Shown: positions 1-6,328 of the stretch, in pieces
Numbering within the stretch: position 1 is the first letter of the stretch
Layout: every line of letters starts with the position of its first letter
Translations under genes and position numbers: made by a program
Notes under the pieces: model-generated
Told to the model about the DNA's origin: nothing
The model's input: the letters and a program-made list of their open reading frames with translations, nothing else
The model's database searches: none
NCBI RefSeq assembly: GCF_006345805.1
Contig: NW_021829049.1
Span: 1-6,397, forward strand
DNA from: Octopus sinensis
Taxonomy: Eukaryota
Reading direction: 5' to 3'
Length of the DNA stretch: 6,397 nt

Positions 1-185
1 GCAGCAAGTGGAGGCATCAGCTGCATCCGTCTTTACCCCAATCATCTTGACCTGATTTTGACACTGGATTGATGATGGTACACAGGCAAAATAGTGAGGC
101 TGACGGTACACACAACTCTACTTCACTTTGAACAAAGTCATTGTAAAAGCGATACTTGAGAATGACTAGATTCGGTTTATGTGTG

Positions 186-223
186 TATATATATAATATA
201 TATAATATATAATATATATATAT

Positions 224-296
<73 letters not shown>

Positions 297-357
297 TATA
301 GAGATATATATATATATCATATATATACATATACATATATATACATATACATACATA
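186..357. repeat. Interrupted (TA)n microsatellite grading into (CATA)n
   Basis: Direct reading: long tatata runs with taa/cat interruptions, ending in acatatacatacatac. Source of the Y/I-rich ORFs. Confidence 0.95.
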
Positions 358-426
358 CGTACGACATGCATATACACACAGATACACACACACACATATG
401 TATGTGTGCATGTATGTAGGTGTGTA

Positions 427-434
427 TAGATAGC

Positions 435-495
<61 letters not shown>
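427..495. repeat. (GATA)n tetranucleotide microsatellite
   Basis: Near-perfect tagatagataga run with one gcta interruption. Confidence 0.95.
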
Positions 496-496
<1 letters not shown>

Positions 497-519
497 TTCA
501 TATATACACACTTACATAT

Positions 520-573
520 CATACACACACACGCATGCACACGCATGCACGCACACACACACACACATGCACA
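520..573. repeat. (CA)n / (CACGCATG)-type simple repeat
   Basis: atacacacacacgcatgcacacgcatgcacgcacacacacacacacatgcacac. Confidence 0.85.
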
Positions 574-800
574 CAGATCGAATAACGAGGGCGGCTTTAA
601 GCATTATAAAAACCAAAAAGGAAGAATTCAAGTGTCACCAATTGTGACTGACGGCGCAGGGTGGCACCTACATCGCTAGAAATAAGAGTTAAGTATGTAT
701 GTATGTATGTAATTTTAATCCAAACGGGAAACAAAAAAACAACAACAATGGAACAATTACAGTATTATTATTGATAGGCGCTCAGGAAATGGAAGCAGAT

Positions 801-855
801 GCATGTATGTATGTATGTATGTATGGATGGATAGATGGATGGATGCATGTATGTA
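801..855. repeat. (ATGT)n/(ATGG)n compound microsatellite, probably the internal simple-repeat segment of the adjacent minus-strand SINE-A
   Basis: gcatgtatgtatgtatgtatgtatggatggatagatggatggatgcatgtatgta abuts the SINE-A body. The copy at 3735-4120 also has a simple-repeat stretch right after its gaagcctgtc motif. Confidence 0.8.
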
Positions 856-975
856 TACGACAGGCTTCTTTCAGTTTCCGTCGACGACCAAGTCCACTTA
901 CAAAGCTTTGGTCGGCCCGGGGCTATAGTAGAGGACACTTGCACAAGGAGTCAAGCTGTAGAACTAAACCCAAAA
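856..975 (-). mobile_element. tRNA-derived SINE-A, diverged partial copy (minus strand)
   Basis: The reverse complement reads gggtttagttctacagcttgactccttgtgcaagtgtcctctactatagccccgggccgaccaaagctttgtaagtggacttggtcgtcgacggaaactgaaagaagcctgtcg. It aligns by eye with 4608-4705 and 3763-3871. Confidence 0.85.
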
Positions 976-1247
976 CGTCTTAGATAAAGACCTTGAAATT
1001 TCTACTCGCCAAGTAGTTGGTGCAAGCCTATTTTTAATCTGAGGTGGTTTAGTAAACGCCTGTGTTTCATGGAGGTTTGGGTGTTATTTCTAGCAAGTCG
1101 CTCATCCATAGGAGGTGGCACCTTCGTTAACCTGTCGTTCATATTCACCAATCGTGAGACGTGCATAGTCAAACGTAGAGTGCTTGTGCACTCACCGCGT
1201 TGCCTTTGCTGCACATGTTAGCTGCAGCGTGTCTCTGTGTCACAGTC

Positions 1248-1312
1248 TACCACCACCACCACCGACAACAACAACGCCACCACCACCACAACCACCACCA
1301 CCACTGCCGAAA
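1248..1312. repeat. Degenerate (CAC)n/(CAA)n trinucleotide repeat
   Basis: accaccaccaccaccgacaacaacaacgccaccaccaccacaaccaccaccaccac. Confidence 0.9.
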
Positions 1313-1495
1313 AGACACCCACCGTCACGAGCACCCTACCATTGCAACTACCATTCGTACCTTCCCGCTCGGTCTTACTGTCGCGTTGAAGTCGTGCGAT
1401 AATACGTAAGTTCTTGCTCGCTGCTTCTTTTATATGAAAGAGAATAGGAAAAAGGAAAAAAAAAAAATCATCGGAGAAAGGAGACATACAATTGC

Positions 1496-1577
1496 AATAA
1501 CAACGACGACGATGACGGCAACAATAGGAACAGCAACAACAACAACAGCAACAAAAGCAACAGTAACATGGAGAGAC
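1496..1577. repeat. Degenerate (CAA)/(GAC)/(CAG) trinucleotide repeat
   Basis: aataacaacgacgacgatgacggcaacaataggaacagcaacaacaacaacagcaacaaaagcaacagtaac. Confidence 0.85.
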
Positions 1578-1659
1578 TGCACTTAGAAGATCCTATTCTC
1601 GCACTATCATTACTAAAAATGAGACCTGTACACACATGCAGATACATTACACACACCTT

Positions 1660-1704
1660 CATATATATGTATATATATATCTATATATATATGTGTGTGT
1701 GAGT

Positions 1705-1753
<49 letters not shown>

Positions 1754-1807
1754 ATACATATATATATATAAATTATATATAATATATATATATTTACTCA
1801 CACACAC

Positions 1808-1852
<45 letters not shown>

Positions 1853-1859
1853 TATATAT

Positions 1860-1897
<38 letters not shown>

Positions 1898-1902
1898 ATA
1901 TA

Positions 1903-1951
<49 letters not shown>

Positions 1952-1955
1952 TTAT

Positions 1956-1987
<32 letters not shown>

Positions 1988-2009
1988 ATATATATATAAT
2001 ATATATACA
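1660..2009. repeat. Long interrupted (TA)n microsatellite block
   Basis: About 350 bp almost entirely TA dinucleotides, with short tgtg/caca islands. Confidence 0.95.
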
Positions 2010-2179
2010 TAACGCAGACAACGACACGATGTAGGTAAAGAAATTTAGAAATTTGAAAAAGACTATACGAAACCGTTATTTCTCCCAAAACTTGTTTCTA
2101 TACACAAAATGTTATAACATCTTTCTAACTAACGACTTAAATATTTCTTTATTCCTTTAACCTTATAAACAGCCTTTTG

Positions 2180-2198
2180 TAGTTTTTTCACTCCTTTT

Positions 2199-2244
<46 letters not shown>

Positions 2245-2249
2245 TATAA
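2180..2249. repeat. (TA)n microsatellite
   Basis: Direct reading; it runs straight into the left arm of the inverted repeat. Confidence 0.95.
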
Positions 2250-2344
2250 TCAAAATAAGCAACAAGTATATCCGAGGTAGGGTGGCTTCATGCTACAATT
2301 GTACCAACCTACCTTGGATATACTTGTTGCTTATTTTGATTATA
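2245..2344. repeat. Inverted repeat/hairpin: 37-bp arms (2245-2281, 2308-2344), 36/37 complementary, 26-nt spacer
   Basis: Left arm is tataatcaaaataagcaacaagtatatccgaggtagg; the reverse complement of the right arm is tataatcaaaataagcaacaagtatatccaaggtagg. The single difference pairs G2274 with T2315. Confidence 0.95.
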
Positions 2345-2405
2345 ATCACCCCATGGAATTATATGGATAATACCATACAAAATTGGTATTGGTCACTCTG
2401 TTAGG

Positions 2406-2590
2406 TTAATTTTTAAGCCTGTGGCAGTGGTGACCTCCGGCATCTTGGCCCCCCGGACTATGTCCCTGCTCACCGCTATCGGGGCGAAAATGGCTGTCCA
2501 TAAGTGCAAACCTGTGAGTCAGAGTGGCTGTTCCAGTGCATCTCTCCCACCATCCTCCGTGGCAATGCCTTTTCCATTTTGTCTGCTTGA
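2406..2590 (+). mobile_element. Frameshifted 3' end of an RLE-type (CRE-clade-like) non-LTR retrotransposon ORF
   Basis: The frame from 2406 gives LIFKPVAVVTSGILAPRTMSLLTAIGAKMAVHKCKP (to 2513). After 'gt', a shifted frame from 2516 gives ESEWLFQCISPTILRGNAFSILSA* (TGA 2588-2590). This matches the pattern I recall for the CRE-type C-terminus, F-x-P-x-A-x-E-T-x-G-x-x-G-P...E-P-R-x-x-x-x-L-x-Q-R-I-S-x-A-I-x-R-G-N-A-x-S-I-L. The segment is locally GC-rich. Confidence 0.7.
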
Positions 2591-2921
2591 ACCATGAGGA
2601 CACTTACAGGAAATTGCACGTTTCAATCCTTAATGTAAAATAACACAGAGATACTGTCTGTCGCCGTCTATATTCATCTAAAGTAAATATTTGATTGATT
2701 TTTACGATACCCACAAGAACTCAAGAAAGATTATCCATTTCAAACACAATAATATATAAATAAAAAAGCTTTGTGCCGACGTAGTAAAATATGATCACTA
2801 TTTTGGAGGGTTTTCGGTTGCGTATGGAGTAAGTTGGATATTAAAGACCATTTAAAATCTCAGACACAAAGCGCGTTTTGTTGGTAATTTGTCACGATTA
2901 GATAGTTTGTTTTAAGAGTTA

Positions 2922-3108
2922 GGCGCAGGAGTGGCTGTGTGGTTGCTTGCTTACCAACCACATACACACGCACGTTTATACAAGTATATACATGCATTCA
3001 TGATAAATACAAACATATCCATGCATATATACGTACATGCATACGTATATGCATACAGGAGAGGCTGTGTGGTAAGTAGCTTGCTTACGAACCACATGGT
3101 TCCGGGTT
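2922..3108 (+). mobile_element. SINE-A tRNA-like head, internally duplicated around a simple-repeat insert and truncated inside the B box
   Basis: ggcgcaggagtggctgtgtggttgcttgcttaccaaccacat (2922-2963), then 92 nt of CATA/CAC-like sequence, then caggagaggctgtgtggtaagtagcttgcttacgaaccacatggttccgggtt (3056-3108). Both parts match the head at 4556-4612. Confidence 0.85.
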
Positions 3109-3161
3109 TCTCATAAATTTGAGTTTCCAGTCATCCGTCCGTTCGTCACAGATGGTCTCAA

Positions 3162-3188
3162 GACGTTTTGAGCCAAGCTTTCGTCTAG
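3162..3188 (-). other. Degenerate minimal hammerhead-ribozyme core (Penelope-like type), probably inactive
   Basis: The reverse complement is CUAGACGAA-AGC-UUG-GCU-CAAAAC-GUC, versus the canonical-type CUGANGA..stemII..GAAAC-GUC. It keeps the ACGU palindrome and GUC triplet but has GAAA>AAAA and an extra A in CUGA. Confidence 0.4.
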
Positions 3189-3321
3189 CGCAGACAAAAT
3201 ATGAAGACATAATTTTAAATGTAATTGGAACCATAAGGCTAAATGTGAGCTTGCTAAACACGGAACAGGGACAAATCCTGTGACAATTTCAATAGAAGGC
3301 GCAAGCGTGGTTGTGTGGTAA

Positions 3322-3550
3322 CGGCGAGCTGGCAGACACGTTAGCGCGCCGGGCGAAATACTTAGCGGTATTTCGTCTGCCGTTACGTTCTGAGCTCAAA
3401 TTCCGCCGAGGTCGACTTTGCCTTTCATCCTTTCCGGGTCGATAAATTAAGTACCAGTTACGCACTGGGGTCGATATAATCGACTTAATCCGTTTGTCTG
3501 TCCTTGTTTGTCCCCTCTGTATTTGGCTCCTTGTGGGTAGTAAAGAAATA
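3322..3550 (+). mobile_element. tRNA-derived SINE-B, unit 1 (with head)
   Basis: Starts cggcgagctggcagacacgttagc (A-box-like), has B-box-like gagctcaaattcc and ends gtgggtagtaaagaaata. Positions 3367-3550 are repeated immediately downstream. Confidence 0.88.
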
Positions 3551-3733
3551 GGTATTTCGTCTGCCGCTACGTTCTGAGTTCAAATTCTGCCGAGGTCGAC
3601 TTTGCCTTTCATCCTTTTGAGGTCAATAAATTAAGTATCAGTTATGCACTGGGGTCGATATAATCGACTTAATCCGTTTGTTTGTCCTTGTTTGTCCCCT
3701 CTGTGTGTATCCCTTGTGGGCAATGAAGAAATA
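3551..3733 (+). mobile_element. SINE-B, unit 2 (5'-truncated, head-to-tail with unit 1)
   Basis: Begins ggtatttcgtctgcc (equivalent to 3367) and aligns over 183-184 nt at roughly 90% identity by hand count. B-box-like gagttcaaattc is present. Confidence 0.88.
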
Positions 3734-4555
3734 AGAAGCTTGCTTCCTAACCACGTGGTTCTGGGTTCAGTCCCACTGCGTGGCACCTTGGGCAAGTGGC
3801 TTCTACAATGGCCTAAGGCCGATTAAAGCCTTGTGAGCAGATGTGATAAACGGAAACTAAAAGAAGCCTGTCACGTGTGTGTCTTTGTATCTGTGTTTTC
3901 CCCACACAAACCGCTTGACAACCGGTGTTGGTGTGTTTACGTCCTCGTAACTTAGCGGTTCAGCAAAAGAAACCGATATAATAAATACCAGATTTTTTTT
4001 TAAAAAAAAGAAGAAAAAGAAAAATGTACTGCGGTCGATAAATTCGACTATTAATTCCTCATGGCGGTGCCCCAGCATGGCCGCAGTCTAATAACGAAAA
4101 CAAATAAAGAATAAAAGATAATAGATGTTTCGAATCGAAAAGATATTAAAATGATAAAAAAAAAAAATTTCATTATTCGCAATTACATTTCTGGTCATGG
4201 GGCACAAGTCAAAGTTTTGGTTAACTCACTGTTCCAGTTGAGACGACCAAGATGTTGTCTAATGCATTTAGTTTCATAGGTTGACGGTTGAAGTCGCCTG
4301 ATTATATAGACACTGCTGCAACACGAATGTTGGCCGTGTGCAACGTAAAGGCAACAGACAACATATTTAATTGATACAAACAGAAACTTGAAAGGGACTT
4401 TATTGGCAATGGCTCTGCCGGCACGCATTGTCCACAACTGTCTCCAAACAACTGCCGATCTGTTTGTTGCCAATTGATATCGAAACACTTTTGTTTTACG
4501 TTTGTTCTGCAGCTCATAACTAGTAACACTACTCAGTATAGTAGTTAATTAACAA

Positions 4556-4705
4556 GGCGTAGGAGTGACTGTGTGGTAAGAAGCTTGCTGTCCCAACCAC
4601 GTGGTTCCGGGTTCAGTCCCACTGCATGGTTCCTTGGGCAAGTGTCTTTTACTATAGCCTCGGACCGACCAAAGCCTTCTGAGTGGATTTGGTAGACGGA
4701 AACTG
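4556..4705 (+). mobile_element. SINE-A, intact head, 3'-truncated after ggaaactg
   Basis: ggcgtaggagtgactgtgtggtaagaagcttgc...ggttcagtccc (B-box-like, 4610-4620)...cttgggcaagtgtcttttactatagcctcggaccgaccaaagccttctgagtggatttggtagacggaaactg. Similarity to the other copies stops at 4705. Confidence 0.9.
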
Positions 4706-4790
4706 TATTAGATTGACGCTCAGGGAAGATTTAAGATGTAAAAAAGAGGGGTGCGATGTTTCAAGCATTGGCTCTTCATCAGAGAGTCGT
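4706..4790 (-). mobile_element. Probable Penelope-like element terminal fragment with degenerate minimal hammerhead core (4755-4782)
   Basis: The reverse complement is gactct-CUGAUGA-A-GAGC-CAAU-GCUU-GAAAC-AUC. The CUGAUGA and GAAAC boxes are intact around a 4-bp stem II (G.U, A-U, G-C, C-G). Small hammerheads of this layout are established components of Penelope-like pLTRs. The element boundaries are inferred. Confidence 0.55.
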
Positions 4791-5032
4791 AACGGTAAAC
4801 AGCCCGGAGAGAAGGAAAAAAAATGACCGACAAAATCACTTGTGCTTTCACCTGGCTGCACAGTTAAGTTAAAGTCTGTCACAAACCTATGCCGGAGATT
4901 ATACTGGTTTCTTTGATATTTAAACGACTGGGGTAACTATATGTCAACGTGAACGTTGCGTCAGTCTATTTCAGGCTTAACATAGCAGCAGTGGGCGGTG
5001 CTTATTTTTACTGTAGAAAACTAAACGAAGGG

Positions 5033-5128
5033 GAAATGTAGTGCTAAGCTCAAGGATGTGACGTTTCACTCGGCTCTAGAATCGAACCTATGATCTTATG
5101 ATCCGAACTTATTACGCTATGCGCCTTC
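5033..5128 (-). mobile_element. Old tRNA-derived SINE head ('SINE-C')
   Basis: The reverse complement is gaaggcgcatagcgtaataagttcggatcataagatcataGGTTCGATTCtagagccgagtgaaacgtcacatccttgagcttagcactacatttc. It has a clear B box at 5079-5088 followed by a tccttgagc motif like the ccttgggcaag of SINE-A. Confidence 0.6.
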
Positions 5129-5173
5129 AAGCTCTCACGTTTGTGAGAGCGTGAAGGTGCGTGACGTAGTAAT

Positions 5174-5230
5174 ATGTATGCGTGCGTGCGTACATGCTGT
5201 GTGTGTGTGTGTGCATGTGCATTTGTGTGT
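5174..5230. repeat. (TG)n/(TGCG)n simple repeat
   Basis: atgtatgcgtgcgtgcgtacatgctgtgtgtgtgtgtgtgcatgtgcatttgtgtgt. Confidence 0.85.
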
Positions 5231-5335
5231 CTTGAAAAAAAATATTTACATGTTTCACACAAGTAAGTTTATATTAAACACAAAAGGAGAAAAACAGAAG
5301 TGCTAAAACAATTTCTCCTTTTCTTTTCTTTTGAT

Positions 5336-5344
5336 ATATTTATC

Positions 5345-5411
<67 letters not shown>

Positions 5412-5414
5412 CAT

Positions 5415-5451
<37 letters not shown>

Positions 5452-5457
5452 TATATT

Positions 5458-5490
<33 letters not shown>

Positions 5491-5491
5491 G
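5336..5491. repeat. (TA)n followed by (GA)n compound microsatellite
   Basis: Direct reading; TA runs to about 5474, then gagagagagagagag. Confidence 0.95.
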
Positions 5492-5612
5492 GAGGGGGCA
5501 GTGGAAAGAGAAAGACATACAAGCTGATATATACACACATACATACATGTATGTCTGAATATATATACATACATATATATATATTTATATCATATATATA
5601 TATATATATATA

Positions 5613-5686
5613 TACCTATCTATAAATCTATCTATTTATCTATCTATCAATTTACCTACCTACATATCTATCAATCTATCTATCTA

Positions 5687-5748
<62 letters not shown>

Positions 5749-5752
5749 CAAA

Positions 5753-5802
<50 letters not shown>

Positions 5803-5831
5803 GTCTGTCTGTCTGTCTGTCTAACTGTCTA
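5613..5831. repeat. Compound (TATC)n/(TGTC)n microsatellite
   Basis: Alternating blocks of tatc and tgtc tetramers, preceded by a TA/CATA tract at 5525-5612. Confidence 0.95.
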
Positions 5832-5855
5832 TGAACTCTCTCTGTTTATTCAACA

Positions 5856-6075
5856 TACACACACCTGCTAATCATCGCATGCTCGCACATACATGCATAC
5901 ACACGCGCATATACATGTACACACATAACCTTAAGCACATTTACATACATACATACATACATACGCACACACGCTTAAACACACTCGTTTACTTCCTTAT
6001 CATATCAAACTGTTACACACACACACACACAACACACTCATACACCCGTATATATTCACGTAAACACACCGACAC
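5856..6075. repeat. Degenerate (CA)n/(CATA)n-rich low-complexity tract
   Basis: Repeated acacac, catacatac and cacgc units. Confidence 0.75.
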
Positions 6076-6169
6076 AATGGCTTCACTCAATACACTTCCT
6101 CACGTAACGTTTACGCAGTTTTTCTGGGCGGTTTTTTCCTTCTACTTTCCCTCCCGATCTTGCGTTGGA

Positions 6170-6328
6170 TTTCTACTTCTCTATCTCTCTTCCCTCTCTC
6201 ACTCTTCTTTCTTTTCCTTTCTTCTTTCTTCCTCTCTGTCTCTCTCTTCTCTCTCTCTCTCTTCTCTCTCTTTCTCTCCTCACACACGCACACACACCAA
6301 CACACACAAACAAAACAAACCACGCACA
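6170..6328. repeat. (CT)-rich polypyrimidine tract followed by (CA)-rich tract
   Basis: ctctcttccctctctc...ctctctttctctcct, then cacacacgcacacacaccaacacacacaaac. Source of the R/E/K-rich and L/S-rich ORFs. Confidence 0.85.

Larger units (their letters stand above)
3298..4120 (+). mobile_element. Near full-length SINE-A, split by the SINE-B dimer (own sequence 3298-3321 and 3735-4120)
   Basis: The 5' piece ggcgcaagcgtggttgtgtggtaa resumes at 3735 as gaagcttgcttcctaaccacgtggttctgggttcagtcccactgcgtggcaccttgggcaagt, collinear with the uninterrupted copy at 4556. B-box-like ggttcagtccc lies at 3764-3774. It ends with ggcggtgccccagcatggccgcagtc and an A-rich tail aaataaagaataaaagata. Confidence 0.9.

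Noticed and set aside
17-180. Non-repetitive part of ORF 17-280(-), ending DDWGKDGCS*, superficially like the W-x-x-x-G-C of a GPS motif
   Set aside because: A stop follows immediately, the spacing to the C-x-H-L segment is far too short for a GPS domain, the only start is in the TA repeat, and no other family motif is recognisable.
166-564. ORFs 166-564(-), 177-395(-), 181-429(+), plus 1798-2088(-) and 5269-5574(-), rich in Y/I/C/V/M
   Set aside because: They are translations of (TA)n, (GATA)n and (CA)n microsatellites, which lack stops in some frames.
654-666. ggcgcagggtggc, resembling the first bases of SINE-A
   Set aside because: Only about 12 matching bases and no continuation.
1002-1214. 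ORF 1002-1214(-) and a ~50-codon plus-strand ORF from ATG 1069
   Set aside because: Short, with no recognisable domain or convincing splice sites; lengths are compatible with chance.
1448-1700. Open plus frame encoding N/D/S-rich sequence then MERLHLEDPILALSLLKMRP
   Set aside because: Openness is explained by the (CAA)-type repeat upstream and the TA repeat downstream; there is no homology cue.
2406-2603. ORF 2406-2603(-), 65 aa
   Set aside because: It is the antisense shadow of the plus-strand retrotransposon remnant.
3367-3733. Tandem direct repeat considered as CRISPR-like or satellite
   Set aside because: Only two 184-bp units with tRNA B-box motifs, no spacers and a eukaryotic context; it is a SINE dimer.
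4195-4529. ORFs 4195-4488(-) and 4302-4529(-); polypyrimidine-CAG at about 4487-4512 on the plus strand
   Set aside because: No recognisable motifs in any frame and stops in the plus frames. The acceptor-like site has no supported downstream exon. It could be an old unrecognised repeat.
4556-4625. tRNA-like A/B boxes considered as a tRNA gene (also 3322-3405 and 5079-5125)
   Set aside because: No cloverleaf or acceptor stem can be folded by eye, and the heads continue into multi-copy SINE bodies.
427-5831. (GATA)n at 427-495 complementary to (TATC)n at 5613-5800
   Set aside because: These are common microsatellites in either orientation; the complementarity is expected by chance in this genome type.
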